A DNA stretch of 24,000 nucleotides, taken from Escherichia coli. GTDB lineage: Bacteria; Bacillota; Negativicutes; Acidaminococcales; Acidaminococcaceae. The notes below the pieces were generated by a model. That model was not told where the DNA came from. It did no database searches and saw only the letters and a list, made by a program, of their open reading frames with translations. The position numbers and the translations under genes were made by a program. Shown here in pieces: positions 1 to 9,202 of the stretch (position 1 is its first letter; every line of letters begins with the position of its first letter). The stretch is taken from NCBI GenBank assembly GCA_963603005.1, contig CAVCLW010000019.1, positions 8,896-32,895 of the forward strand, written 5' to 3'.

Positions 1-1
1 A

Positions 2-268
2 TTTTTACTTATTATGGCAGCTTATTTTATTGTTGTTTTACGCAGTAACGCTATGGTGCAATATGGCAATGAGCTGGTGAGCCTGCAGCAGCAGGAGGCT
101 CAGCTTATTACCAAAAACAACGAGCTGAAAATCGAGGTTGAACAGCTGAAGGGTCCTGACCGTATTATCGGTTTGGCCGAACAGTATTTGGGTATGAGTG
201 TTGCCCGCAGCAATATTTATGTTAAGGCTGGCGGAAGCAGCAATTCTTTGGCTGTGCATAACAAATAA
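2..268 (+). CDS. ftsL: Cell-division protein FtsL, 5'-partial (frame is open to the window edge)
   Basis: The frame is open from nt 2. A hydrophobic FLLIMAAYFIVVL segment looks like a TM helix cut by the window edge. It is followed by a coiled-coil stretch (LQQQEAQLITKNNELKIEVEQLK) and an FtsL-type C-terminal motif (PDRIIGLAEQYLGM). The gene lies directly 5' of murE, as in dcw clusters. Confidence 0.7.
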   Translation, partial: FLLIMAAYFIVVLRSNAMVQYGNELVSLQQQEAQLITKNNELKIEVEQLKGPDRIIGLAEQYLGMSVARSNIYVKAGGSSNSLAVHNK

Positions 269-271
269 ACA

Positions 272-300
272 TAGCCATTCAGTTTATATTGTGATATAAT
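272..300 (+). promoter_or_regulatory. Candidate internal promoter of the mur operon (perfect extended -10)
   Basis: TGATATAAT at 292-300 matches TGnTATAAT exactly. A weak -35-like TAGCCA lies at 272-277 with a 17-bp spacer. The site is in the 160-nt ftsL-murE spacer. Confidence 0.4.
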
Positions 301-318
301 TTGAATGGGTTTTTGGGA

Positions 319-346
319 GGCAGCCTTTTGGCTGCCGTTTCAATTT
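319..346 (+). terminator. Terminator-like or leader hairpin after ftsL
   Basis: GGCAGCC-TTTT-GGCTGCC forms a 7-bp GC-rich stem (319-336), followed by an interrupted T-tract (GTTTCAATTT). It lies downstream of the candidate promoter, so it could act as an attenuator rather than a simple terminator. Confidence 0.35.
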
Positions 347-428
347 AAATTCTATACTATAATTAAACTAGAAGTAATTTACGTCTTTGCTCCTTGAGGG
401 GCGAAACGTAAAACAGGGGGGTTAATAA

Positions 429-1916
429 ATGGAAAAGCAATTAGCTTCACTCCTTGCCTTATTGCCGCAGGCTGAGGTTATTGGCAGTGCTGATAAAGTT
501 ATTACTGATGTAACTGCCGATTCCCGTGCGGTGGTAGCTGGCAGTCTTTTTATCTGCCTGAAGGGTGCAACTGTAGACGGACATAAATTTTTGAAGATGG
601 CTGCCGAGAAGGGCGCTGTTGCTGCGTTGGTGGAGGACGTTCCCGCTGAAGTACCGCAGGGCGTTACTCTGATTAAGGTTGCTGATACGCGTGAGGCTAT
701 GGAGTTGGTAACACCGTATTTTTATGATTATCCGGGACGCAAGCTGAGAATGATCGGTGTGACCGGTACTAACGGCAAAACAACTTCAACAAATATTATT
801 CGTCTGATTCTGCGCAAGGCAGGCTACAAGGTCGGCCTGATTGGCACTATCAATATTATGATTAACGATGAGATTACCGAATCTCATAACACTACTCCGG
901 ACGTAGTTGACCTGCAGAAAACACTGTACGCTATGTGCTGCGCCGGCTGCGATTACTGCGTAATGGAGGTTTCCAGCCATGCTTTGGCGCTGAAGCGTGT
1001 GGCAGGCATTGAATATGACTGCGCTGTGCTGACGAATATTACCCAGGATCACCTGGACTTCCATAAAACCATGGAGAATTACCGCGATGCTAAGAGCCTG
1101 CTCTTTGAGCATCTGACCGACGGCAGCAAGCTGAATAAAAACGCTGTCTTCAATATGGATGATCCGAGCTCCGCAATTATCCGCGAGCGTACCAAGGCTA
1201 ACGTACTGACCTATGGTGAAGGCCATGATAATGATATCTATCCTTTGAGCTTTACGGTAGAGCCTAAGCATATGCAGCTGCTGCTGCATACTCCGGTGGG
1301 CGAAATGGACCTGGAGCTGAAGATTACCGGTGAGTTCAATGTTTATAACGTTATGGGCGTTATCGGTGCAATGCTGGCTGAAAAGATTGACAAGGATATC
1401 ATCTGCTCCGTACTTGACGGCTTTGACGGCGTTCCCGGACGTTTCCAGCTCGTTGAGGCAGGACAGCCTTATACTGTTATTGTAGACTACGCACATACTC
1501 CCGACGGCTTGGAGAACGTGCTGAAAACCGCGCGCTCCATTACCCGCGGCAAGCTGTGGGTTGTGTTCGGCTGCGGCGGTGACCGTGACAACAAAAAGCG
1601 TCCGCTGATGGGTGCTTTGGCACTGGAGCTGGCTGACAACATCGTTGTTACCTCTGATAATCCGCGTACCGAGGATCCGGAGCTGATTATCGACGAAATC
1701 TTTACGGCGCTGCAAAATGTGCCTGAAGGCAAGCATGTTACCCGTCTGAGCGACAGACGTGAGGCTATTTGCTATGCTTTGGCAGAGGCTGCTGACGATG
1801 ATGTAATCCTGATTGCCGGCAAGGGCCACGAAAATTACCAGATTTTGAAGGACAGAACTATTCACTTTGATGATAAAGAAGTTGTAATGGAATACTGGAG
1901 TGATAAAAAATGCTGA
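429..1916 (+). CDS. murE: UDP-N-acetylmuramoyl-L-alanyl-D-glutamate--2,6-diaminopimelate ligase
   Basis: 495-aa ORF with the Mur ligase P-loop GVTGTNGKTT. The DNPR motif (TSDNPRTEDP) is typical of meso-DAP-adding MurE. An SD (GGGGGG) lies upstream of the ATG, and the 3' end overlaps murF by 7 nt. Confidence 0.95.
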   Translation: MEKQLASLLALLPQAEVIGSADKVITDVTADSRAVVAGSLFICLKGATVDGHKFLKMAAEKGAVAALVEDVPAEVPQGVTLIKVADTREAMELVTPYFYDYPGRKLRMIGVTGTNGKTTSTNIIRLILRKAGYKVGLIGTINIMINDEITESHNTTPDVVDLQKTLYAMCCAGCDYCVMEVSSHALALKRVAGIEYDCAVLTNITQDHLDFHKTMENYRDAKSLLFEHLTDGSKLNKNAVFNMDDPSSAIIRERTKANVLTYGEGHDNDIYPLSFTVEPKHMQLLLHTPVGEMDLELKITGEFNVYNVMGVIGAMLAEKIDKDIICSVLDGFDGVPGRFQLVEAGQPYTVIVDYAHTPDGLENVLKTARSITRGKLWVVFGCGGDRDNKKRPLMGALALELADNIVVTSDNPRTEDPELIIDEIFTALQNVPEGKHVTRLSDRREAICYALAEAADDDVILIAGKGHENYQILKDRTIHFDDKEVVMEYWSDKKC

Positions 1917-3274
1917 AGGCCAGTGAAGTTTTAGCAGCCACTAAGGCTGTTTGTGCAGATTTTGAGTTTACCGGCGTAACCACCGATTCCCGTGCGGTAA
2001 AGCCGGGAGAATTATTCGTAGCGCTGAAGGGCGATAATTTTGACGGCCATGACTATTGCGCCAAGGCTGTGGAGCTGGGTGCTGCGGGCGTTGTTGTATC
2101 CCATGAGGTGAGCGGCCTGCCTGCGGGCGTTGCTGTGTTCATGGTAGAGGATACGCTGCTTGCTTACCAGCAGCTTGCGCATGCCTACCGTCTGCGCAAG
2201 CAGGGCCTGAAGGTCTTTGCTATCACAGGCTCCAACGGCAAAACCTCTACGAAGGATTTGCTGGCTGCCTGCCTGAGCTGCAAATATAACGTTGTCAAAA
2301 CTCAGGGCAACTTCAATAATGAAATCGGTCTGCCGAAAACCTTGCTGAGCATTCAGCCGGATACCGATATTGCCGTTGTGGAGATGGGCATGCGCGGCCT
2401 GGGCCAGATTGCCGAGCTGTGCCGCATTGCCGAGCCGGACAGCGGTCTGATTACTAATGTGGGCGAAACCCACATGGAGCTTTTGGGCAGCATGGAAAAT
2501 ATTGGCAAGGCCAAAAGCGAAATCGTACTTAACCTGCCGGAGGATGGCTTTGCTGTTCTCAACGGCGATAACGAATACGTACTGCCGGCAGCAGGCAAGA
2601 CCAAGGCAAAGGTTGTTTACTTCGGACTGGGTGAAAACTGCGACTTCTGCGGCAGTGATATTGTGACATCCGGTGCAGGCACTACCTTTACCTGTACCCA
2701 TAAGGCTACCGGTGAAGCTGTTAAGGTAAGCCTGCAGCTGATTGGTGAGCATAACGTTTATAACGCGCTGAGCGCTATCGCCGGCGCCTTCTGTTACGGC
2801 GTGCCGATGGCAGCAAGCGCACAGGCATTGGCAACTGCTCGTCTGACAGGCAGCCGTCAGGAAATCGTTTATATCGGCGATATCACCTTTATCAACGATG
2901 CTTATAATGCAAGTCCGGCTTCTATGGAAGCGGCACTGAAAACCTTGGCGGAGGCCAAGAAGGCAGCTCATGGCAAAGCCCGCACTATTGCTGTACTGGC
3001 AGATATGCTGGAGCTGGGAGATATCAGCGAGGATGCTCATCGCCGTGTTGGCCGCTGGGCTGTAGAAAACGGTGTGGATTTTGTACTGACCTACGGACCG
3101 CAGGCTGCTTATATTGCGGATGAGGCTGCAAAGCTTGGCGGCAAGAGCAAGCATTGCGCCGACCGACAGGAGGCAGCGGATGCTTTGCGCCTGATGGCTT
3201 CCGCAGGTGATATTATCCTGCTTAAGGGCAGCCATTCCATGCAGGTTGACAAAATGCTGGAGCTGTTCAAGTAA
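1910..3274 (+). CDS. murF: UDP-N-acetylmuramoyl-tripeptide--D-alanyl-D-alanine ligase
   Basis: 454-aa ORF with the Mur ligase P-loop ITGSNGKTSTK. It occupies the MurF position between murE and mraY, and its ATG overlaps the murE stop. Confidence 0.93.
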   Translation: MLKASEVLAATKAVCADFEFTGVTTDSRAVKPGELFVALKGDNFDGHDYCAKAVELGAAGVVVSHEVSGLPAGVAVFMVEDTLLAYQQLAHAYRLRKQGLKVFAITGSNGKTSTKDLLAACLSCKYNVVKTQGNFNNEIGLPKTLLSIQPDTDIAVVEMGMRGLGQIAELCRIAEPDSGLITNVGETHMELLGSMENIGKAKSEIVLNLPEDGFAVLNGDNEYVLPAAGKTKAKVVYFGLGENCDFCGSDIVTSGAGTTFTCTHKATGEAVKVSLQLIGEHNVYNALSAIAGAFCYGVPMAASAQALATARLTGSRQEIVYIGDITFINDAYNASPASMEAALKTLAEAKKAAHGKARTIAVLADMLELGDISEDAHRRVGRWAVENGVDFVLTYGPQAAYIADEAAKLGGKSKHCADRQEAADALRLMASAGDIILLKGSHSMQVDKMLELFK

Positions 3275-3299
3275 ACTTAAGAGAGTGAGATTTTAGTAG

Positions 3300-4262
3300 A
3301 TGTTAAAATTAATCGGAATTCCTGTGACTGCGTTTATCGTGTGTGCTTTAATCGGCCCGGTGCTGATTCCTTATCTGCATAAGCTGAAGTTCGGCCAGTC
3401 TATCCGCGAGTGCGGACCGGCGAGCCATATGGCGAAAAGCGGCACACCGACTATGGGCGGACTTATGATGCTGGCAGCACTGCTTGTTGCTTTGCTGTGG
3501 GGCAACTTTACTCCCCATGTAATTATTGCTTTGGTGCTGACAGTAGGCCATGCGGTTATAGGCTTTATAGATGATTACATCAAGGTTGTAATGAAGCGCA
3601 ATCTGGGCCTGACTGCCAAGCAGAAATTTTTCCTGCAGTTCATTCTGGCCGGTGCCTATGTATATTTCGCCGAAACTCATATCCGCAATACGGAGCTGTG
3701 GGTTCCCGGCATCAATGCTGTAATTGATTTAGGCTGGGGTTATTATGTGCTGGCCTTCCTGCTTTTGGTTGGTACAACCAATGCCGTAAACCTGACGGAT
3801 GGTCTGGACGGACTGGTTTCTTTCGTCAGCCTGCCCGTTACCATGGTATTTGCTTTTATTGCTTACATGCAGGGCATGCTGGATCTGAGCGGTTTTTCTT
3901 TGGGCCTGACCGGTGCCTGCCTGGGCTTTTTACTGTTTAACCGTCATCCTGCCAGGGTATTTATGGGGGATACCGGTTCCTTGGCTTTGGGTGGTGCTGT
4001 TGCCGCTTTAGCGCTTTTGACACGTACAGAGCTGCTGCTGGTTATTGTCGGCGGTATCTATGTAGCGGAAGCACTGTCGGTAATTATTCAGGTTACATAT
4101 TTCCGTTTCAGCGGCGGTAAACGTATTTTCCGCATGTCTCCGCTGCATCATCATTTTGAGTTGGGCGGCTGGGCCGAGGTTAAGGTTGTGCGTGTGTTTA
4201 CAGCGGTAAGCTGCGTATTGTCTGTAATTGGCTTATGCCTGTGGCTTAATGCATTTGTATAA
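3300..4262 (+). CDS. mraY: Phospho-N-acetylmuramoyl-pentapeptide transferase
   Basis: 320-aa polytopic membrane protein carrying MraY signatures NAVNLTDGLDGL, MGDTGSLALGG and PLHHHFE. Confidence 0.95.
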   Translation: MLKLIGIPVTAFIVCALIGPVLIPYLHKLKFGQSIRECGPASHMAKSGTPTMGGLMMLAALLVALLWGNFTPHVIIALVLTVGHAVIGFIDDYIKVVMKRNLGLTAKQKFFLQFILAGAYVYFAETHIRNTELWVPGINAVIDLGWGYYVLAFLLLVGTTNAVNLTDGLDGLVSFVSLPVTMVFAFIAYMQGMLDLSGFSLGLTGACLGFLLFNRHPARVFMGDTGSLALGGAVAALALLTRTELLLVIVGGIYVAEALSVIIQVTYFRFSGGKRIFRMSPLHHHFELGGWAEVKVVRVFTAVSCVLSVIGLCLWLNAFV

Positions 4263-4271
4263 AAAATCTTC

Positions 4272-4318
4272 GGCTATAACCATTTTGTTGTAATTTTTGC
4301 GGTAAAATGGCTATAGCC
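4272..4318. repeat. Long near-perfect inverted repeat (stem-loop) in the mraY-murD spacer
   Basis: GGCTATAACCATTTT (4272-4286) pairs with AAAATGGCTATAGCC (4304-4318) at 14 of 15 positions, with a 17-nt loop. No clean T-run follows on either strand. Confidence 0.6.
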
Positions 4319-4350
4319 TATGTATGTTTATGAATAGAGGGTGTTTCTTG

Positions 4351-5724
4351 ATGACTAAAAAGGATGCTGTAATCGTTTACGGCGCAGGCATCAGCGGCCG
4401 TGGCGCAGCGCAGGTGCTGGCTGACAGAAAGCAGCAGGTTTATTTATATAACGATATGGACTGCACCATTGAGCCGCAGCTGCTGCAGCTTTTAGAGAGC
4501 GTTGGCGGCGGGCTGGCCATCGGTCAGGCTGAATTTGAAAGCCTGCTTGATATTGCAGAGGTGCTGGTGCTTTCTCCGGGTATCGCCTGCGATAACGCAA
4601 ATGTGCTGCTCGCAGAGCAGCGCGGACTGGAGGTCATCAGCGAGGTTGAGCTTGGCTACAGGCTGTATGGCGGTCATATTGCCGCTATCACCGGTACTAA
4701 CGGCAAAACCACTACCACTACTATCGTGGGCGAGATGCTCAAACGTCTGCCGGTGCCTTCTGCAGTAGGCGGTAACATTGGCCTGGCACTGTCTAAGGAG
4801 ATAGAGAGCCTGCCGCAGGATGGCTGGCTTGCTGCCGAGCTTTCCAGTTTTCAGCTGGAAAAAGTCAGCAGCTTCTGCCCTGATATCGCAGTAGTGCTGA
4901 ACCTGACTCCGGACCATCTGGAGCGTCATCATACGATGGAGGCCTACGGCGAGGCGAAGAAAAATATTTTCCGTCAGCAGGGCGAGGCGCAGGTTACGGT
5001 ACTGAATTACGATGATCCCATCGTGCGTACATGGGGTGCGGAAACTAAAGGCCGTCTGTGTTACTTCAGCCGTAAGGAAAAGCTGCAGCAGGGCATCTAC
5101 ATGCAGGATGGTAATTTTATCATCAGCTGGGACGGCAAGCAGGAAACTGTCTGCAATATCAGCGAGCTGCATCTGTTCGGCGGTCACAACGAAGAAAACG
5201 TGCTGGCAGCCATTGCCTGCGGCTTTTTCGCCGGTGTGAGCATCAGCGATATGGCTGATGTGCTGCGTAACTTCCGCAGCATTGAGCACCGCATTGAATA
5301 CGTTGCAACGATTGATGGCGTACCGTATTACAATGATTCCAAGGCTACCAATACCGATTCTACGATTAAAGCGTTGGAGGCCTTTAAGGACAGCCACATC
5401 ATCCTGCTCGCAGGCGGTCACGATAAGCTGACACCGCTGGAGCCGATGATGGAGCTGGTTAAGGAAAAGACCGATGCCTTGATTCTGTTGGGCGCTGCCA
5501 AGGAGCGCTTTAACAAGGCAGCTGTTGCCTGCGGCGTGCAGAACATCGTGCTGGCCGACAGCTTTGAGGACGCAGTGAGCAAGGCGCATGCGCTGGCACA
5601 TAAGCCACAGGTTGTGCTGCTTTCGCCGGCCTGCTCATCCTTTGATATGTTCAAGAATTATCCCGAACGCGGAAATTATTTTAAAAAGCTGGTACACGAG
5701 CTGGAGGGAGGTAACGTTAAGTGA
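4351..5724 (+). CDS. murD: UDP-N-acetylmuramoylalanine--D-glutamate ligase
   Basis: N-terminal Rossmann motif VYGAGISGRG and Mur ligase P-loop ITGTNGKTTTT. I prefer the ATG at 4351, which has an SD (AGAGGG) about 9 nt upstream, over the track's 4324 start, which adds a non-conserved MFMNRGCFL. Confidence 0.92.
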   Translation: MTKKDAVIVYGAGISGRGAAQVLADRKQQVYLYNDMDCTIEPQLLQLLESVGGGLAIGQAEFESLLDIAEVLVLSPGIACDNANVLLAEQRGLEVISEVELGYRLYGGHIAAITGTNGKTTTTTIVGEMLKRLPVPSAVGGNIGLALSKEIESLPQDGWLAAELSSFQLEKVSSFCPDIAVVLNLTPDHLERHHTMEAYGEAKKNIFRQQGEAQVTVLNYDDPIVRTWGAETKGRLCYFSRKEKLQQGIYMQDGNFIISWDGKQETVCNISELHLFGGHNEENVLAAIACGFFAGVSISDMADVLRNFRSIEHRIEYVATIDGVPYYNDSKATNTDSTIKALEAFKDSHIILLAGGHDKLTPLEPMMELVKEKTDALILLGAAKERFNKAAVACGVQNIVLADSFEDAVSKAHALAHKPQVVLLSPACSSFDMFKNYPERGNYFKKLVHELEGGNVK

Positions 5725-6824
5725 AGGTAATTCTTTCCGGCGGCGGTACGGGCGGACACATTTATCCGGCCCTGACCATTGCGGACCAGATAAAAAAACT
5801 GCAGCCTGAGGCGGAAATCAGCTTCGTAGGCACACAGCAGGGCTTGGAAAAGGATATCATTCCCCGCTACGGCTACAAGCTGCAGTTCATTGAAGTAGCA
5901 GGCTTTAAGCGCAGCCTGAGCCTGGATACCCTGCGCAGTGCAGCAAAGCTTTTTGCCGGCTTATATGATGCCTACAAGATTATCAGCAACGAAAAACCAG
6001 ATCTGGTAATCGGTACCGGCGGTTATGTCTGCGGCCCGATTGTTTTCATGGCAGCGTTAAAGGGAATTCCCTGCTGCATTCAGGAGCAGAATGCCATGCC
6101 AGGTGTAACCAATAAAATTTTGTCACGTTATGTGCGCAAAGTATTTTTAGGTTATAAAGAGGGCGGCAAATATTTTCACGGCAAGGCAGAGCTGGAATAT
6201 ACCGGCAATCCTATCCGCAGTGAAATTCTGCAGCATACGCGTGAGGAAGCTGTTAAGGAACTGGGGCTGGACCCGGCGAAGAAAACGATTCTCGTTTCCG
6301 GCGGCAGCCGTGGTGCGCGCACTATTAACAATGCGATGCTCGAAGCAGAGCTGGCACTTTCCGGCAGAGCCGAGGTGCAGGTGCTGCATGCAACCGGTGA
6401 TGTGAATTATGATGCCTATATGGCGGAAATCAAAAAGCGCGGCGGTGTGGCTGATAATATTATCATTAAGCCTTATCTGCATAATATGCCGGTAGCGCTG
6501 GCTGCGGCAGATTTGGCAGTGTTCCGTGCCGGTGCAATCGGTCTGGCAGAGCTGATGGCGAAGGGAGTGCCGTCGCTTTTGGTGCCATATCCGTATGCTA
6601 CGGCAAATCACCAGGAGTTTAATGCCAGAGCGGTAGAGGCTCAGGGTGCTGCCAAGGTTATTCTTGATAAGGATCTGACGGGTGATACCGTTTTGGAGTT
6701 TATCGAGCATTTATTAGTACATGAAGAGGAATTGCAGCAGATGCATGCGGCGGCGCAAAAGCTTGGCAGGCCGCAGGCTGCAGAGGTTATAGCCAAAGAG
6801 GCTGTGGCCTTGACTAAACAATAA
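5721..6824 (+). CDS. murG: UDP-N-acetylglucosamine--N-acetylmuramyl-(pentapeptide) pyrophosphoryl-undecaprenol GlcNAc transferase
   Basis: GTG start in a GTGA overlap with the murD stop. The N-terminal G-loop SGGGTGGHIYPAL and overall GT28 layout match MurG. Length is 367 aa. Confidence 0.93.
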   Translation: MKVILSGGGTGGHIYPALTIADQIKKLQPEAEISFVGTQQGLEKDIIPRYGYKLQFIEVAGFKRSLSLDTLRSAAKLFAGLYDAYKIISNEKPDLVIGTGGYVCGPIVFMAALKGIPCCIQEQNAMPGVTNKILSRYVRKVFLGYKEGGKYFHGKAELEYTGNPIRSEILQHTREEAVKELGLDPAKKTILVSGGSRGARTINNAMLEAELALSGRAEVQVLHATGDVNYDAYMAEIKKRGGVADNIIIKPYLHNMPVALAAADLAVFRAGAIGLAELMAKGVPSLLVPYPYATANHQEFNARAVEAQGAAKVILDKDLTGDTVLEFIEHLLVHEEELQQMHAAAQKLGRPQAAEVIAKEAVALTKQ

Positions 6825-6837
6825 GGGAGGGCCTCGA

Positions 6838-8232
6838 GTGGCTGAAAACAAATTAGCAAACCTGCATAATATACATTTTATCGGTATCGGCGGCGCCGGC
6901 ATGAGCGCGATTGCTTATGTATTGATTAAGCGTGGCTATGATGTAAGCGGTTCCGATTTAAATGCCGGTCATATGTCGGCACATCTGGCGGAGGAAGGCG
7001 CTATGGTTTATATGGGCCATGCTGCCAGCCAGGTGGAGGATGCCGAGGCTGTAGTTATTTCTACGGCGATTCATCCTAATAATCCGGAGCTGGTGGAAGC
7101 TCAAAGACGCGGCATTCCCGTGCTGCACCGCAGCGATGTGCTGGCAGCAATTATGAACGCTGCCGACGGCGTTGCTGTTGCCGGTGCACATGGCAAGACT
7201 ACCACCAGTGCAATGATTTCCTGCATCGCGGCTGAAAGCGGTATTGATCCTACTGTTATCATCGGCGGCGAGGTAAGCAGCCTCGGCGGTAATGCACGCA
7301 ACGGCGCAGGCCGCTTTGTGGTAGCGGAGGCTGACGAGAGCGACGGCTCCTTCCTCAAGCTGTATCCGTATCTTGCGGTAGTAACTAATATTGAAGATGA
7401 TCATCTGGACCATTATGGTACAGAAGAAAATATATATCAGGCCTTTAAACAGTTTGTTGGCAACATCAAGGAAGGCGGCAAGGCAATTCTCTGCTTTGAT
7501 AATGCCAAGGTGCGCCGTCTGGCTGCTGAAACCGACAAAGAGGTAATTACCTACGGCGTAGAAGGCGAGGGCGCTGACTACATTGCCCGTGACATCTCCT
7601 ACGGTGTTGGCGGCACGAGCTACAAGCTGTACTATAAGGGAGAATTTGTGACGGAGGTTCATCTGATTGTTCCCGGCAGACATAATGTGCTGAATTCTAT
7701 GGGTGCGTTTGCTGCTGCACATGAGATGGGCATTGCTACCGATAAAATTCTTGCATCATTGAAAAAGTTCGGCGGTGCCAAGCGTCGTTTTGAAACCAAG
7801 GGTAAGGTAAACGGTGTCTGGGTTGTTGATGATTATGCGCATCATCCGACAGAAATCGGCGTAACGCTGAAGGCTGCCAGACAGACGAAGCCTGAGCGCC
7901 TGCTGTGCGTGTTCCAGCCGCATCGCTACACCCGTACCAAGCTGCTGTTCTCTGAGTTCTGCGAATGCTTCAAGGATTGCGACGAGCTGATTCTGACTGA
8001 TATTTATGCAGCCAGCGAGGATGCAATTCCCGGCGTAAGCAGCATGCATTTGGCGGAGGGTATCAAAGCAGTGACCGGTCAGGAGGTACTGTATATCGGC
8101 AAGCTGACCAAGGCTGAGGAATACCTGGAGCGTATTGTACGTCCCGGCGATCTGGTGATGACCATCGGTGCCGGTGATGTGTTTAAAATTGGTGAAGAAT
8201 TAGTTAGGGAGTTGGAAAGAAATGCAGATTAA
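6838..8232 (+). CDS. murC: UDP-N-acetylmuramate--L-alanine ligase
   Basis: GTG start preceded by an SD (AAGGGAGGG). Carries IGIGGAGMSAIA and the P-loop VAGAHGKTTTS. Length is 464 aa. Confidence 0.93.
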   Translation: MAENKLANLHNIHFIGIGGAGMSAIAYVLIKRGYDVSGSDLNAGHMSAHLAEEGAMVYMGHAASQVEDAEAVVISTAIHPNNPELVEAQRRGIPVLHRSDVLAAIMNAADGVAVAGAHGKTTTSAMISCIAAESGIDPTVIIGGEVSSLGGNARNGAGRFVVAEADESDGSFLKLYPYLAVVTNIEDDHLDHYGTEENIYQAFKQFVGNIKEGGKAILCFDNAKVRRLAAETDKEVITYGVEGEGADYIARDISYGVGGTSYKLYYKGEFVTEVHLIVPGRHNVLNSMGAFAAAHEMGIATDKILASLKKFGGAKRRFETKGKVNGVWVVDDYAHHPTEIGVTLKAARQTKPERLLCVFQPHRYTRTKLLFSEFCECFKDCDELILTDIYAASEDAIPGVSSMHLAEGIKAVTGQEVLYIGKLTKAEEYLERIVRPGDLVMTIGAGDVFKIGEELVRELERNAD

Positions 8233-9169
8233 TAAGCAGGATGTTGTTGCTGTTGTTTTAGGCGGGCCTTCTTCTGAGGCCGAGATTTCGCGTGTTACCG
8301 GCGGTGCTATTGCCAATGCTTTGCGCGAAAAGGGCTATAATGCCAAGGAAGTGGAGCTGAATCCGTCTAATCTGATTAACGAGCTGCGTGATATGAACGC
8401 TAAGGTAGTATTTAACGCCGTTCATGGTATGTACGGTGAGGATGGCCGTTTGCAGAGCATTCTGGAGGCAGCAGGTATTCCTTATACCGGCTGCGGCGTA
8501 CTGGCAAGCGCTGTTTCTATGGATAAATCCGCTACGAAGCGTTATCTGCAGTCTGCAGGCATTCCTACCGCACCCTGCATGATTATCAATAAGCGTGATG
8601 CAGGTGATTTGCAGGCGCTGGCAGACAAAATTATTTCCGAGTTCGGTCTGCCCGTAGTTATCAAGGCAGCAACTCAAGGCTCCAGCATCGGCGTTGTAAT
8701 TCCTAAGACTGCAGAAGATGTTGTGCCTGCACTGGAGGAAGCCTTCAAGTATTCCGAAAATGTGCTGGCAGAAAAATGCATCAAGGGCAAAGAGCTGACG
8801 ATTTCTATTATGGAAGAGAACGGCGAGCCCAAACCGCTGCCGGTTATCTGGATTGCACCGCATTCCGGAGCCTATGACTTCCATTCCAAATACACCAAGG
8901 GTGCTACGGACTACCACTGCCCGGCACCGTTTGATGAGAAAACTACTGCTTATATCCAAAAAATTGCCGTAGAAACCTACAAGCTGCTGGGCCTTTCCGG
9001 TGTAGCGCGTGTAGATGCTATGCTGGGTGATGAGGATGGTGTTGCTTATGTACTTGAAGCAAATACTGTTCCCGGCATGACGGCAACCAGCCTGGTTCCG
9101 AAGGCTGCTGCTGCTGTTGGCATCAGCTTCCCGGAGCTGTGCGAGAAAATTTTACTGAGCGCTAAATAA
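8222..9169 (+). CDS. ddl: D-alanine--D-alanine ligase
   Basis: 315-aa ATP-grasp protein. N-terminal VVLGGPSSEAEIS, HGMYGEDGRLQ and C-terminal LEANTVPGMT are typical of Ddl. It overlaps murC by 11 nt. Confidence 0.92.
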   Translation: MQINKQDVVAVVLGGPSSEAEISRVTGGAIANALREKGYNAKEVELNPSNLINELRDMNAKVVFNAVHGMYGEDGRLQSILEAAGIPYTGCGVLASAVSMDKSATKRYLQSAGIPTAPCMIINKRDAGDLQALADKIISEFGLPVVIKAATQGSSIGVVIPKTAEDVVPALEEAFKYSENVLAEKCIKGKELTISIMEENGEPKPLPVIWIAPHSGAYDFHSKYTKGATDYHCPAPFDEKTTAYIQKIAVETYKLLGLSGVARVDAMLGDEDGVAYVLEANTVPGMTATSLVPKAAAAVGISFPELCEKILLSAK

Positions 9170-9202
9170 AAAAGTTTTACAAGGAGCCAAAGGAGGTGCA
9201 GC

